Below, in pieces: positions 19,295-30,443 of a DNA stretch of 64,000 nucleotides. A program made the position numbers and the translations under genes. How positions within the stretch are numbered: the first letter of the stretch is position 1; every line of letters begins with the position of its first letter. This DNA comes from Clostridia bacterium. Lineage in GTDB: Bacteria > Bacillota > Clostridia > Christensenellales > DTU072. The notes under the pieces are model-generated. The model did not search any database. It was not told the origin of the DNA and saw only the letters and a program-made list of their open reading frames with translations. The stretch spans positions 1,905-65,904 of the forward strand of contig JAQVQU010000001.1 of assembly GCA_028701415.1 (NCBI GenBank), read 5' to 3'.

Positions 19295-19810
19295 ATGGCT
19301 AAAAATAAAAAATTAGGGAAGAGGACGGATATTCGCCTATATATTTTAAAAAATCAGGCTAGCGAGCTTCTTTGGTATGGGAAACTTGAAACCACACTTG
19401 ACAGAGCGAAATCAGTAAGAAGAATTGCGGAGAGAATGATTACTTTGGCAGTTAATTCTTATGAAGACACAGTGAAGGTGTATAAGGATAAACTTAACCA
19501 AAAAGAAGAAACCATAAAAGTTGAATACCAGAATGATGGGCCCAAAAAACTTGCAGCTCGTAGAAGAATTCTTGCAACCTTAAGAGATATACAAGAAATA
19601 CAAGGTGAAAAAGAAAAGAAGGCGGACTATAAAGAAAGAACTGCTGAAATTACTCATCCTTTAGTTGAGAAGATTTTTCGTGAATATGCACCTAAATATG
19701 CTGCTAGAGCCAAAGAGAAGGGTACTTCTGGAGGATATACTAGAATTATTAAACTAGGAGCTAGAAGAGGAGATGACGCTGAAATGTGTATCCTTGAACT
19801 AGTTGACTAA
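19295..19810 (+). CDS. rplQ: 50S ribosomal protein L17 (bL17), long form
   Basis: 171 aa bL17 core (…GGYTRIIKLGARRGDDAEMCILELV) with internal insertions. SD AAGGAGA. Confidence 0.94.
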   Translation: MAKNKKLGKRTDIRLYILKNQASELLWYGKLETTLDRAKSVRRIAERMITLAVNSYEDTVKVYKDKLNQKEETIKVEYQNDGPKKLAARRRILATLRDIQEIQGEKEKKADYKERTAEITHPLVEKIFREYAPKYAARAKEKGTSGGYTRIIKLGARRGDDAEMCILELVD

Positions 19811-19830
19811 ATGTTTCTAAGCTATAGTTT

Positions 19831-19859
19831 ACGCCGGCAAAATAGCCGGCGTTTTTTTG
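19831..19859 (+). terminator. rho-independent terminator of the ribosomal cluster
   Basis: ACGCCGGC (19831-19838), loop AAAATA, GCCGGCGT (19845-19852), then T7. Confidence 0.9.
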
Positions 19860-19924
19860 TATGTAGTAACAAAATTGACTTATTTGGGTTAGTTGTGATA
19901 ATATTCTCAGTAATGAGGGAAAAA

Positions 19925-20698
19925 ATGATACTTTTACTAGATATAGGTAACTCTAATATAAAGATTGGTTTGCTCGAGAATGATGAGATAACGCACTCTT
20001 GGAGAATTGCTTCTGACCATAACAAAACAGCGGATGAATTTGGTATGGTTTTTTACGACTTATTGATTAATGTAAAGAAGTCTTTTTCTGATGTAGAAGG
20101 AATTATTATTAGTTCAGTTGCCCCAGCTTTAAATTACACTATTGAACATATGTGTGCTTATTATACGAAGATTAAACCGATTATGGTTTCAACAAAGCTT
20201 AATCTTGGAATACAGATAGGTTATACTTTCCCGGACGAACTTGGGGCAGATAGAATTGTAAACTCTGTTGCTGCATATCATATTTATGGGGGCCCCTGTA
20301 TGGTCGTTGATTTTGGAAGTGCGACAACATTTAATATTGTTTCAGATGATGGTATATTTCTTGGAGGGGCAATTGCTCCAGGAATTAAATCGAGTGCAGA
20401 GGCATTAACAAATACTGCGGCGAAACTTCCTAGAATTGAATTATTCAAGCCTGAACAGATTATTGGGAGAACTACAGTTGCAAATATGCAGTCTGGTCTA
20501 ATCTATGGATTCACGGGATTGGTTGAAGGCTTGATAAAAGGTATGAAGGCCGAGAGCGGGTATGAAGAAGGACTAAAGGTAATAGCAACTGGGGGAATGA
20601 GTGAATTAGTAAACGATAATAAGCTTTTTGATAGAGTTGATAGAGCCCTTTCATTAAAAGGACTAAAGATATTATATAAGCTTAACAAAAGCATTTAA
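19925..20698 (+). CDS. coaX: type III pantothenate kinase
   Basis: Begins MILLLDIGNSNIKIGL… (CoaX signature) after SD GAGGGA. The ORF-track start at 19811 would run through the rplQ terminator, so I reject it. Confidence 0.88.
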   Translation: MILLLDIGNSNIKIGLLENDEITHSWRIASDHNKTADEFGMVFYDLLINVKKSFSDVEGIIISSVAPALNYTIEHMCAYYTKIKPIMVSTKLNLGIQIGYTFPDELGADRIVNSVAAYHIYGGPCMVVDFGSATTFNIVSDDGIFLGGAIAPGIKSSAEALTNTAAKLPRIELFKPEQIIGRTTVANMQSGLIYGFTGLVEGLIKGMKAESGYEEGLKVIATGGMSELVNDNKLFDRVDRALSLKGLKILYKLNKSI

Positions 20699-20715
20699 AA
20701 TAACAGGAGATTTTT

Positions 20716-21990
20716 ATGAAGAAAGTAGGTGTGGCACTTTTGGGCTTAGGAACAGTGGGTGGTGGAACATATCGTATTCTTACTGAGATGAGAGAGAAGA
20801 TTAAAGCTACAGATGGCGTTGATATCGAAATTATACACGTATTGGAGAGAAACCAAGACAGAATTAAAGAACTTGGAGTTGATCCCGCCATTGTATCGAC
20901 TGACATTAAAAATGTTTTAGAGGATCCTAGAATTTCTATAGTTGCTGAATTTTTTGGAGGGATTGAACCTGCAAGGTCATTTCTGATTCAATCTCTTAAG
21001 GCTGGAAAAAGCATCGTAACTGCAAACAAGGAAATGTTTTCAAAACACTGGTCTGAATTTGAATGTGCCGCGAAAGAAGGCAAAGCGGGAATTTACTTTG
21101 AAGCCACTTGTGTAGGAGGGGTTCCTATAATTAGGACGTTAACCGCAAGTATGCAGGGGAATATAATACAATCTATACAAGGGATCGTTAATGGAACAAC
21201 AAACTATATTCTTACTAAAATGGCAGATGAAGGTAAAAGTTACGATAGTGTTTTGAAAGAAGCACAACAACTAGGATATGCAGAAGCAAACCCATCTGCT
21301 GACGTTGATGGATTTGATAGTATGTATAAATTGTCAATTTTGTCAACATTGTGTTTCAACAAGAAGGTTCCCTTAAACAAGATATATCGCGAAGGTATTA
21401 CTGGGATAGACAAAATTGATATAGAAAATGGTAAAAAGTTTGGATATACACTTAAGTTATTGGCAATTGGAAAGCTTAACGACGGTAAAATCGAAGCTCG
21501 GGTACACCCAGCTTTTATAGCTGATGAAAACCCTTTAGCGTCTGTAAAAGGTTCATTTAATGCGGTCCTCATTAATGGTGATAATGTTGGGGATATAATG
21601 TTATATGGAAGAGGGGCTGGTGATCTTCCTACAGGATCAGCGATAGTATCGGATATTGTATATTGTGCCAGACAAGAGACTCATAAGCTCTCTTCTTTTG
21701 ACAATAGACCTGAAGCAGTAAGCGATGAGGATTTTGAGAACGATTTTGAGTGTGAGTACTATGTCAGGATGAATGTCATGGATAAGCCTGGGGTTTTAGC
21801 AAAAATAGCCGCATCCTTTGGAAAGTATGATGTTTCCATAAATAGTGTGGAACAAATAGCTTCAAAAGGATCTGCGAATATAATTTTTATGATTCATATG
21901 ACTCAAGAAAGTTACATAAACAAAGCAATTAAGGATATTAAATCTCTACCCGAGGTTTTAGCAGTTAATTCAATGATTAGGGTTATTTAA
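20716..21990 (+). CDS. hom: homoserine dehydrogenase (with C-terminal ACT domain)
   Basis: 424 aa with an N-terminal NAD-binding motif (GLLGLGTVGGG), a catalytic core, and a C-terminal ACT-like segment (…MDKPGVLAKIA…). Confidence 0.9.
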   Translation: MKKVGVALLGLGTVGGGTYRILTEMREKIKATDGVDIEIIHVLERNQDRIKELGVDPAIVSTDIKNVLEDPRISIVAEFFGGIEPARSFLIQSLKAGKSIVTANKEMFSKHWSEFECAAKEGKAGIYFEATCVGGVPIIRTLTASMQGNIIQSIQGIVNGTTNYILTKMADEGKSYDSVLKEAQQLGYAEANPSADVDGFDSMYKLSILSTLCFNKKVPLNKIYREGITGIDKIDIENGKKFGYTLKLLAIGKLNDGKIEARVHPAFIADENPLASVKGSFNAVLINGDNVGDIMLYGRGAGDLPTGSAIVSDIVYCARQETHKLSSFDNRPEAVSDEDFENDFECEYYVRMNVMDKPGVLAKIAASFGKYDVSINSVEQIASKGSANIIFMIHMTQESYINKAIKDIKSLPEVLAVNSMIRVI

Positions 21991-22031
21991 TTAGTCTTTT
22001 CAACATCAAACTATTTTTACGCTTATTTAAT

Positions 22032-22058
22032 AAACAGGTATTTCGATACCTGTTTTTA
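22032..22058 (+). terminator. rho-independent terminator after hom
   Basis: AAACAGGTAT (22032-22041), loop TTCG, ATACCTGTTT (22046-22055), followed by a T-rich tail. Confidence 0.8.
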
Positions 22059-22115
22059 ATTTCACACTATTTACACAAATATAGTGATATAATTTTGATA
22101 AATGGGAGATGTGTT

Positions 22116-24032
22116 ATGAAAGGATTATACAAAAGCAATAATAATTTAGACAATGCAGATGAGTCTCAAATAATAAAAAAGAAAAAAATGAACAGAAAGA
22201 CTAAAGTTTTTCTTATATCTGGAGTGGCATTAATTCTTGCCTCTGCTATAGTAGTGGGATGTCTTGCTGCATTTTTACCCAAAATTCCGATTCATGAACC
22301 TGAGCAATATTCTGTCGTACAGTTTTCAAGCAAGAATGCTTTATTAGCGAGATTGGTTGCGGATGGACAGTCTTTTGATTCGATATTTGGAGGATGGCGA
22401 TCTTCTTCATCTATGGATTTAGGAGCTCCAACCGCAAACATTGCAATGGACGATTCTGAACTAATAGATACCCAACACTCTTCAACAAATGTTCAAGTCG
22501 AAGGGCTTGATGAAGCAGATATAGTTAAGGTTGATGGAAATTATATATACACATTAAGCAATAATGTGCTTCGAATAGTGGAAGTAGCTTCTGGCCAAAT
22601 GGAGGTCGTTTGGACAAGCGATTTTAATGAGAACAATTTCTATGCGGATGAAATTATGCTATACGAGAATGTGTTAGGAGTTCTAGGACGTTCATATACT
22701 GCTGATTCAGGAGAATTTCTTCCAGATTACTCAGAACCTTCATCCGATGATTCAGGTGATTATTCGATTTATTTTTACGATTATAGTTCAAGTATGATTG
22801 CTATACGTTTATATGATATTACTGATAAATCATCACCAATTCTAGTTAACGAGATTAAACAAAGTGGTTATTACAACACTGCTAGGTTGTCAGGAAGCAC
22901 TTTATACTATGTAGCCCAGTATAACTATTACAACTACGATGTGGGATCTATACTCCCTAAAGTGCAAAATTCAAGTGGCGAAGATATTGTAGAAATGGCT
23001 TTGGAAGATATATATTATATTGAGGGCCTTCCCCAAAATACATATACTACTGTTGGTAAAATTGATTTAAGTGGAACTATTTCACATGAATATAGTTCAT
23101 TTATTGCCGGATCAGGGACAGTATATTTTTCAGGGAATAATATTTATCTATGCGACTATAATTATTATCCCCAGTTTGTGTCAAATGGTTTTGTTTCCAT
23201 TAGGGACGATTCTGTGTCAGGAACAACACGAATAGTAAAAATTCAAGCAGATAACCTTGAAATTAGTGCTGTAGGGGAAGTCGAAGGTATTGTTAGTGAC
23301 AGGTATTGGTTGGATGAATTTCAAGGAAATTTAAGGATTGCTACTGTCTCTGGCTGGAACCAATATTCGAATGTTTTTGTTTTAAATAATAATCTTGAAG
23401 AGATTGGGAAAATTACCGGAATCGCACCAGGAGAATCAATTTATTCTGTTAGGTTTACTGGAGAAACTGGATCGATGGTCACATTTAGACAAGTTGATCC
23501 CTTGTTTCTTTTGGATTTATCTAATCCATTTAATCCTAGTATATCTGAAGGATTGAAAAAGGAGGGAGTATCTTATTATCTTCACCCAATTTCAGGCACA
23601 GATTTTACGATAGGACTTGGTCGAGAAACTGATGAAAACGGATTTTCACAAGGTATAGAAATTGTACTTTTTGATTACAGCGGAGAGGAAGCAGAAATTG
23701 TAGGCGCCCCAATTTTTGTAGGTGAGGACTTATATGCTTATTCAGAGGCTTTATATAATCCTAGGGCAATTTTGTATGATAAAGAAAAGAATATATTCGC
23801 TTTTTCAGCTGATTATATGGCTGATTCTTATAATTACAATTATTCTAATGGGTATTTTATTATAGGATTCTCTGAAGGAGAGTTAGAGATTAGAAAAGAA
23901 ATTCAACATAATGGAAGTTCTATCAATAGGGCTGTAATTGTAGGGGATTATTTGTACGTTATTTCTTCAGCCAAAATTACTTCACATTCTATATCTGAAA
24001 ATGTAATTGGGGATGTTTTTTCTACTCTTTAA
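22116..24032 (+). CDS. membrane-anchored beta-propeller-domain protein (secreted, function unknown)
   Basis: The ATG at 22116 follows GGGAGA; the ORF-track TTG at 22095 is less likely. It has an N-terminal TM anchor. Motifs are typical of the C-terminal beta-propeller family (…TNVQVEGLDEADIVKVDGNYIY…, …SVRFTGETGSMVTFRQVDPLFLLDLSNP…). Confidence 0.75.
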   Translation: MKGLYKSNNNLDNADESQIIKKKKMNRKTKVFLISGVALILASAIVVGCLAAFLPKIPIHEPEQYSVVQFSSKNALLARLVADGQSFDSIFGGWRSSSSMDLGAPTANIAMDDSELIDTQHSSTNVQVEGLDEADIVKVDGNYIYTLSNNVLRIVEVASGQMEVVWTSDFNENNFYADEIMLYENVLGVLGRSYTADSGEFLPDYSEPSSDDSGDYSIYFYDYSSSMIAIRLYDITDKSSPILVNEIKQSGYYNTARLSGSTLYYVAQYNYYNYDVGSILPKVQNSSGEDIVEMALEDIYYIEGLPQNTYTTVGKIDLSGTISHEYSSFIAGSGTVYFSGNNIYLCDYNYYPQFVSNGFVSIRDDSVSGTTRIVKIQADNLEISAVGEVEGIVSDRYWLDEFQGNLRIATVSGWNQYSNVFVLNNNLEEIGKITGIAPGESIYSVRFTGETGSMVTFRQVDPLFLLDLSNPFNPSISEGLKKEGVSYYLHPISGTDFTIGLGRETDENGFSQGIEIVLFDYSGEEAEIVGAPIFVGEDLYAYSEALYNPRAILYDKEKNIFAFSADYMADSYNYNYSNGYFIIGFSEGELEIRKEIQHNGSSINRAVIVGDYLYVISSAKITSHSISENVIGDVFSTL

Positions 24033-24084
24033 AAAATATGAGCTTAAAGTAAAGTAGGGATGAATTTCTATAATATAACCAAGG

Positions 24085-24113
24085 AAAAACCTGATTAACT
24101 ATTAGGTTTTTTC
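24085..24113 (+). terminator. probable rho-independent terminator
   Basis: AAAAACCT (24085-24092), 11-nt loop, AGGTTTTT (24104-24111), then T. The stem is AT-rich. Confidence 0.45.
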
Positions 24114-24130
24114 TTGTAAATGCCGTAGCG

Positions 24131-24159
24131 TTGACTGAAAATATGGGGGATGATATAAT
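24131..24159 (+). promoter_or_regulatory. sigma-A-type promoter placed to start transcription at the ATG of the next gene (leaderless mRNA)
   Basis: TTGACT (24131-24136), 17-nt spacer, TATAAT (24154-24159) preceded by TGa. Six nt separate the -10 from the ATG at 24166, and there is no SD. Confidence 0.6.
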
Positions 24160-24165
24160 AAGAAA

Positions 24166-24567
24166 ATGGATAAAAAAGCTTTTTCTTTATTAAGTGTTTT
24201 TGTGGAAGCATCAAAGGATGGTGAATATGTGGTTTTTGAAAAGAAGGACCTCATTGAGTCAATCAGCGGATATAATGAAGGGGGATTAGAAGAACTAGAT
24301 TCAGCAATAAAATACCTTGAGTTAAAAAAACTTATCGATATAAAAATCTCAGATTCTATAAATATTGCAGTAAAACCAACTCCAGATGCATATATTTTTG
24401 TAGAACTTGAGCAAAAAAGTGTAAAAAGAAAGAACCAAGCAATACCTAGTATCTTTCCGTCAATCTCAAACAAGAAGATAATACTTTTTCTGCTTTTTAG
24501 TGGAATTATTGGTGGAATTGTAGCTGGCATAATTATTATAATTGCTCAGACCTTTTTGTTGAAATAA
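24166..24567 (+). CDS. small tail-anchored membrane protein, N-terminal wHTH-like domain (hypothetical)
   Basis: 133 aa. Soluble N-terminal ~95 aa and one C-terminal TM helix (ILFLLFSGIIGGIVAGIIIIIAQTFLL). Confidence 0.6.
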   Translation: MDKKAFSLLSVFVEASKDGEYVVFEKKDLIESISGYNEGGLEELDSAIKYLELKKLIDIKISDSINIAVKPTPDAYIFVELEQKSVKRKNQAIPSIFPSISNKKIILFLLFSGIIGGIVAGIIIIIAQTFLLK

Positions 24568-24932
24568 TGATATTAAGTAAAAAAGAAAAAATATTAATGG
24601 AATCGATTTATAACGCTTCTGTAAACTCTGGCCAGTGTATTTTGACACCTACAGATATTTTGAAAATTATCCCATATAAATATGATTTTAGAGAAGAGGA
24701 CATAGAAAAAACTATGGAAGCTTTAAAAATTGAAGGTTATTTTGAGTATGACAGGGCTTTCAAAAAGAACGAAATGGTTTATTGTATAGTATTAAAAGAT
24801 AAGGGGAAATCATATTTACGAGATAAAAAAACAGCAAAAAAGAATTTGTACATTAAAATCGCGGTTACTGTTTTGTGCGCTGCATTAGGTTATCTTATTA
24901 GGGTTATTATTGGGGCTATCATAGGGAAGTAG
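24567..24932 (+). CDS. small tail-anchored membrane protein, same architecture as the upstream gene (hypothetical)
   Basis: 121 aa. ATGA overlap with the upstream gene. One C-terminal TM helix ([25 protein letters not shown]). Confidence 0.6.
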   Translation: MILSKKEKILMESIYNASVNSGQCILTPTDILKIIPYKYDFREEDIEKTMEALKIEGYFEYDRAFKKNEMVYCIVLKDKGKSYLRDKKTAKKNLYIKIAVTVLCAALGYLIRVIIGAIIGK

Positions 24933-24970
24933 CGCATCATCCAGAATTTATAGAGTATTCCCGATATAAT

Positions 24971-26935
24971 ATGGAAAAATTGAATAAATTTAAAATTACT
25001 GCTGATTATTCTCCTTGTGGGGATCAAATCGAGGCTATAGATATATTAACAAAAGGAATACTTGCAGGAGAGGAGATGCAAGTTCTGCTTGGTGTAACTG
25101 GAAGTGGCAAGACATTTACTATGGCAAATGTAATCCAAAATGTTCAAAAACCAACATTGGTAATGGCGCATAATAAGACCCTAGCCGCTCAACTATGTAA
25201 TGAATTTAGGGAGCTTTTTCCCAACAATAGAGTAGAATATTTTGTTTCATATTATGACTATTATCAACCTGAGGCATATATACCAAGAAGTGATACTTAC
25301 ATAGAAAAAGAAATTCAGCTTAACGATGAAATTGATAAATTGAGACACAGTGCGACCTCATCTTTAGGAGAAAGGTCGGATGTAATAGTGGTTGCTTCAG
25401 TTTCGTGTATTTATGGACTTGGAGCCCCTGAAACATATTTTAAGAATGTTATCTCACTAAGGAAAGGAGAGCATTATAATAGAGAAGATATTATTGATAA
25501 GTTAATTCTGAATCAATACAAAAGAAATGATATTGACTTTGTCAGAGCAACTTTTCGTGTCAAGGGGGATGTGATTGAAATATTCCCTTCAGGGTCAAGC
25601 AACATCTGTCTAAGAGTAGATTTCTTCGATGATCTTATTGAAGATATATATGAGTTTGACCCAACGACAAGAAAAATACTGAATACTTTGTCCCATGCAG
25701 CGATTTTTCCTGCCTCACACTATGTCGTTGGGGATTCAAATCTCGATAATACACTCGAAATAATCAAAAATGATATGGTTGTCCAAGAAAGACTTTTTTT
25801 GAGCCAGGGAAAGCTTATTGAAGCACAAAGAATAAGGGAAAGAGTATCTTATAATTTGGAAATGATAAAAGAAATAGGGTATTGCTCAGGAATAGAAAAT
25901 TATTCCAGGTACTTTGATGGAAGAAAGCCTGGTGAACCTCCATTTACCCTAATAGATTACTTTCCAAAAGATTTTCTTCTATTTATTGATGAAAGTCATA
26001 TGACCCTTCCTCAAATAAGAGGGATGTATAATGGTGATAGGGCAAGAAAGACAAATTTAGTTGAATATGGATTTAGACTTCCTGCGGCTTATGATAACAG
26101 ACCTTTAAATTTTCAAGAGTTTAAGAAAAAAGTTAATCAAGTTATTTGTGTTTCGGCAACTCCAGCGGAATATGAATTGAAAAATTCATCAATAATAGCT
26201 GAACAATTAATTAGACCAACAGGTTTAGTAGACCCTGAAATATTTGTTCGAAAAACAGAAGGTCAAATTGATAACATAATCTCGGAAATAAGCAAGGCAA
26301 TTGAAAAAAAAGGAAGGGTACTAATAACAACATTAACTAAAAAAATGGCAGAAAACTTGACAAATTATCTTAAAGAAAATGGAATAAAAGTTGATTATAT
26401 GCATAGCGATATTGATACTCTTGATAGAATAGAGATTATTACCAAACTTAGAAAGGGAGACATTGATGTGATTGTTGGAATTAATTTATTAAGGGAAGGA
26501 CTTGATATTCCAGAGGTAAACCTAGTAGCAATATTAGATGCTGATAAAGAAGGTTTTTTGAGATCAAAATCTTCCTTAATTCAGACAATTGGACGTGCGG
26601 CAAGAAATAAAGAGGCAAAAGTAATTATGTATGCGGATAAGATAACGGATAGTATTAAAGAAGCTATCGCTGAGACAAACAGAAGAAGAGAAAAGCAGAG
26701 AGACTATAATTTGAAAAATAATATTGAACCAAAAACTATCATAAAACCTATAAAAAATACTCTAATAATTTCGAAAAAAACAGAAAAAAATAAGAACACT
26801 ATGTCGAAAAAAGAGATTAATTCAGAGATTGAGAGATTGTACGGTTTAATGGCTGTTTCCACCGCTACTTATGATTTTGAAACTGCAATAATATTGAGAG
26901 ACAGGATTTCAGAGCTTAAGAAATTTAAAGGATAA
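24971..26935 (+). CDS. uvrB: excinuclease ABC subunit B
   Basis: 654 aa UvrB sequence (…[12 protein letters not shown]…[10 protein letters not shown]…) with a C-terminal UVR motif. Confidence 0.97.
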   Translation: MEKLNKFKITADYSPCGDQIEAIDILTKGILAGEEMQVLLGVTGSGKTFTMANVIQNVQKPTLVMAHNKTLAAQLCNEFRELFPNNRVEYFVSYYDYYQPEAYIPRSDTYIEKEIQLNDEIDKLRHSATSSLGERSDVIVVASVSCIYGLGAPETYFKNVISLRKGEHYNREDIIDKLILNQYKRNDIDFVRATFRVKGDVIEIFPSGSSNICLRVDFFDDLIEDIYEFDPTTRKILNTLSHAAIFPASHYVVGDSNLDNTLEIIKNDMVVQERLFLSQGKLIEAQRIRERVSYNLEMIKEIGYCSGIENYSRYFDGRKPGEPPFTLIDYFPKDFLLFIDESHMTLPQIRGMYNGDRARKTNLVEYGFRLPAAYDNRPLNFQEFKKKVNQVICVSATPAEYELKNSSIIAEQLIRPTGLVDPEIFVRKTEGQIDNIISEISKAIEKKGRVLITTLTKKMAENLTNYLKENGIKVDYMHSDIDTLDRIEIITKLRKGDIDVIVGINLLREGLDIPEVNLVAILDADKEGFLRSKSSLIQTIGRAARNKEAKVIMYADKITDSIKEAIAETNRRREKQRDYNLKNNIEPKTIIKPIKNTLIISKKTEKNKNTMSKKEINSEIERLYGLMAVSTATYDFETAIILRDRISELKKFKG

Positions 26936-26978
26936 ATTAAAGGATTTGGATAAATGACCTACTAATGGAGGAAGTTGA

Positions 26979-29804
26979 ATGCGAGAAAGCATTTATGTCA
27001 AAGGAGCAAAGGAAAATAATTTAAAAAATATAGATGTTGAGATTCCACGGAATAAACTTGTTGTTTTAACCGGGCTTAGTGGGAGTGGCAAGTCTTCTTT
27101 AGCATTTGATACAATTTTCGCCGAAGGACAAAGAAAATATATGGAAAGCCTATCAAGCTATGCTAGGCAATTTTTGGGACAAATGCAAAAACCAAATGTA
27201 GAGTATATCGAAGGCCTCTCGCCATCAATATCTATAGATCAAAAGACAACATCGAATAATCCAAGATCTACGGTAGGAACTGTTACAGAGATATATGATT
27301 ATTTCAGGCTACTTTTTGCAAATGTCGGAGTCCCACATTGTCCGGAATGTGGGAAGGAAATACAGCAGGTCTCAATAGATCAAATTACTGAAAAAATAAT
27401 GGCTTTTTCAACTGGTAGTAGAGTAGTAATACTAGCCCCAATAGTTAGGGGTAAAAAGGGAGAGCATAAGAAGATCATAGATCATTATAGAAAAGAAGGA
27501 TATCTGAGATTAAAAATTGATGGCACAATTATTTCTATTGAAGAGGAAATTATTCTTGATAAAACGATAAAACACGATATATATATTGTAATTGATAGGC
27601 TCCTTGTTAAAGAAGGTATGCAAAGAAGATTAACTGACAGCGTTGAAACTTCATTAAAAATTTCAGGAGGAATGGTTATCGTTGATGTTGAAGGAGAAGA
27701 AACTCTTTTTTCAACAAAATATGCCTGCCCCAATTGTGATATATCTTTACCTGAGCTTACTCCAAGGATGTTTTCCTTCAATAGCCCTTATGGTGCTTGT
27801 CCAGCTTGCTTGGGTCTAGGAGTTAAGATGGTGATTAGCCCCAAAAAACTTATAATGAATGAGAATCTATCCTTAAGAGAGGGGGCTTTAAAAATTAACG
27901 GTTGGAGTCTGTTTGAATATCCTTCTTTAATTCGTAAAACTTTTCGAAATCTAAGCCAAAAGTATCACTTTTCTTTAGATATTCCCTGGAAGAGTATTCC
28001 AGATAAAATTAAAGAAATAATAATGTTCGGAGAACCTGGTTTTGAGAGAAACATTGTATCTGCTAGTGAGAGCGCAGAAGGGGAGCTTTTCGCTGGCTTT
28101 GTTAATATTTTGAAAAAAAGATATTTGTCCACAAAATCTGAGGGAGTAAAACAGGATATACAAAAATACATGGATCCACAGCCTTGTACTCTATGTGGGG
28201 GAAAAAGACTGAAAAAGGAAGTAATGTATGTTACTGTAGCCGGTAGAAATATTGCAGAGTTATGCGATATTCCAATTGACTTACTTCATAATTTTTTAAA
28301 TAAACTTATTCTATCTGAACGTCAGGAAATAATTGCCCGTCCAATACTCAAGGAAATTATGGCAAGATTGTCATTTTTATCTAAAGTTGGTTTAGGGTAT
28401 CTTAATCTTTCGAGATCAAGCGGGTCTCTAAGCGGGGGAGAGAGCCAGAGGATTAGGTTAGCAACACAAATTGGAAGTGGTTTAATGGGGGTAATCTATA
28501 TTCTAGATGAGCCAAGCATTGGATTACATCAAAGAGATAATAAAAGACTATTAGAGGCATTAATTAATCTTAGAAATCTTGGCAATACACTTATAGTGGT
28601 TGAACACGATGAAGAAACAATGCGTGCAGCAGATCAGATTATTGACATAGGTCCTCTTGCTGGAGAAAAAGGGGGTTATTTGGTAGCACAGGGTACAGTA
28701 TATGATATTATATCTTGTCCTAACTCTATTACTGGCGATTTTCTATCTGGAAGAAGAAAGATTAAAATTCCAAAAGAAAGAAGAATTCCTGATCATAGAT
28801 TTTTATCAATAATAGGCGCCTGCCAAAATAATTTAAAAAACATTGATGTTGATATACCGGTTGGTTTGTTTACCGTCATAACAGGAGTGTCCGGAAGTGG
28901 TAAATCATCCTTAATTTCTGAGATTTTATATCCTAGAGCATCTAATTTGTTAAACAAGTCGGAACTTATCGAGGGCAAATTTAATGAGATTACCGGACTT
29001 GATTACTTTGATAAAGTTATTAACATTGATCAGAGCCCAATAGGGCGAACTCCTCGATCTAATCCAGCGACTTATACGGATCTTTTTACTCCAATTAGAA
29101 ATCTTTTTGCTTTGACACCTGATGCAAAAGCAAGAGGGTATTCTGCGGGAAGGTTTAGTTTTAACGTAAAAGGCGGACGTTGTGAAAATTGTGAAGGTGG
29201 AGGGATTATTCAAATTGAGATGCATTTCTTACCAGATGTGTATGTTCCTTGCGAGATATGCGAAGGGAAAAGATATAATAGAGAAACATTGGAAGTGAAA
29301 TATAAGGGTAAATCTATTTATGATGTGTTGGATATGACAGTTGAGAATGCAGTAATTTTTTTTGAAAACATACCTCAGATTTACCGAAAGATTAAGTGCT
29401 TGCATGATGTAGGTTTGGGTTATATCAAATTAGGACAACCCTCAACAACTTTATCTGGAGGAGAGGCGCAGAGAATTAAACTGGCAAGTGAGTTGAGCAA
29501 AAGATCTTCTGGAAAAACTTTATATATTCTTGATGAACCTACCACAGGTTTACATTCCGCAGATGTTGAGAAACTTCTGTTGATGTTACAAAAACTTGTA
29601 GATCTTGGAAATACTGTGGTGGTTATTGAGCATAATCTCGATGTTATAAAGACTGCAGATTACATAATAGATTTGGGCCCTGAGGGGGGAGATGCTGGTG
29701 GATACGTGTTAGCTCAAGGGACACCCGAACAAATATCAAACATAAATACTAGCTCAACTGGGATATTTTTAAAAGCAGCTCTTGAAAGAGACAGGATAGA
29801 TTAA
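26979..29804 (+). CDS. uvrA: excinuclease ABC subunit A
   Basis: 941 aa with two ABC ATPase modules ([18 protein letters not shown]; LSGGE signatures) and zinc-finger Cys clusters. SD GGAGG. Confidence 0.97.
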   Translation: MRESIYVKGAKENNLKNIDVEIPRNKLVVLTGLSGSGKSSLAFDTIFAEGQRKYMESLSSYARQFLGQMQKPNVEYIEGLSPSISIDQKTTSNNPRSTVGTVTEIYDYFRLLFANVGVPHCPECGKEIQQVSIDQITEKIMAFSTGSRVVILAPIVRGKKGEHKKIIDHYRKEGYLRLKIDGTIISIEEEIILDKTIKHDIYIVIDRLLVKEGMQRRLTDSVETSLKISGGMVIVDVEGEETLFSTKYACPNCDISLPELTPRMFSFNSPYGACPACLGLGVKMVISPKKLIMNENLSLREGALKINGWSLFEYPSLIRKTFRNLSQKYHFSLDIPWKSIPDKIKEIIMFGEPGFERNIVSASESAEGELFAGFVNILKKRYLSTKSEGVKQDIQKYMDPQPCTLCGGKRLKKEVMYVTVAGRNIAELCDIPIDLLHNFLNKLILSERQEIIARPILKEIMARLSFLSKVGLGYLNLSRSSGSLSGGESQRIRLATQIGSGLMGVIYILDEPSIGLHQRDNKRLLEALINLRNLGNTLIVVEHDEETMRAADQIIDIGPLAGEKGGYLVAQGTVYDIISCPNSITGDFLSGRRKIKIPKERRIPDHRFLSIIGACQNNLKNIDVDIPVGLFTVITGVSGSGKSSLISEILYPRASNLLNKSELIEGKFNEITGLDYFDKVINIDQSPIGRTPRSNPATYTDLFTPIRNLFALTPDAKARGYSAGRFSFNVKGGRCENCEGGGIIQIEMHFLPDVYVPCEICEGKRYNRETLEVKYKGKSIYDVLDMTVENAVIFFENIPQIYRKIKCLHDVGLGYIKLGQPSTTLSGGEAQRIKLASELSKRSSGKTLYILDEPTTGLHSADVEKLLLMLQKLVDLGNTVVVIEHNLDVIKTADYIIDLGPEGGDAGGYVLAQGTPEQISNINTSSTGIFLKAALERDRID

Positions 29805-29828
29805 GGAGATATTTTGATTTTGCGTCAA

Positions 29829-30437
29829 TTATTTATGTAAGTAATTTCCTTCAGAGGCTTTTTCGGGAATAGAATCAATAGAATTCGAAGAAGGTTTTAG
29901 CCTTCTTTTTTTAAAGATAGTCTTATCAAGAATTAAGTAGAGACCATAAGTAATAGCAAGATTGATTCCTAGCATCAAGGACTGCATAGGAATTCTTCCT
30001 GCTAAATAAACCCAGAAAGTTTTTCTCCCTTGAGCATACATGAGATATAAGCCTAGTGTATTAAGCGTTAAAGTAGTTACAAGATAGATTCCTAAAAAAC
30101 TTATAAGAAGTAACAACATTGGGGGAACATTTTTAATTTTGAACGTTAGTCCGGGTATTAGCCCCATCATTCCCGACCCAAGAGTAATAAGGGGGATCCA
30201 GGGCCCTTTAGGGGCGATTATCACTCCTAATCCATCACCGATTAATCCAACCAATAATCCAGGTATCGGGCCTAGAAAAGCTCCCGCAAGAACGCAAGGT
30301 ATGTAATTGAAGGATACAGCTGTTCCAAGAATAGAAAAGGGTATTGTGAAGGCATTTAGAACTACGCTTATCGCGGCGAACATTGCTGTATATGCAATAG
30401 TTTTAGTTGATAAATGTTTGATAGTGGTTTTTTTCAT
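29829..30437 (-). CDS. folT: ECF transporter S component, folate family
   Basis: 202 aa, about 6 TM helices, ECF S-component-like. It lies directly downstream of a THF riboswitch. Confidence 0.8.
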   Translation of the reverse strand: MKKTTIKHLSTKTIAYTAMFAAISVVLNAFTIPFSILGTAVSFNYIPCVLAGAFLGPIPGLLVGLIGDGLGVIIAPKGPWIPLITLGSGMMGLIPGLTFKIKNVPPMLLLLISFLGIYLVTTLTLNTLGLYLMYAQGRKTFWVYLAGRIPMQSLMLGINLAITYGLYLILDKTIFKKRRLKPSSNSIDSIPEKASEGNYLHK

Positions 30438-30443
30438 GAAAAC

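Noticed and set aside
19811-19924. N-terminal extension of the coaX ORF as listed in the ORF track (start 19811).
   Set aside because: The extension contains the rplQ terminator hairpin (19831-19859). A good SD-ATG pair at 19925 gives the canonical CoaX N-terminus.
24102-24530. 142-aa minus-strand ORF overlapping the first tail-anchored protein gene.
   Set aside because: The plus-strand ORF has a consensus promoter, is coupled to a paralogous-architecture gene, and gives a sensible TM topology. The minus-strand translation is low-complexity.
24933-24970. Looked for a LexA (Cheo box, GAAC-N4-GTTC) operator upstream of uvrB. I also checked upstream of uvrA at 26936-26978.
   Set aside because: No match is present.
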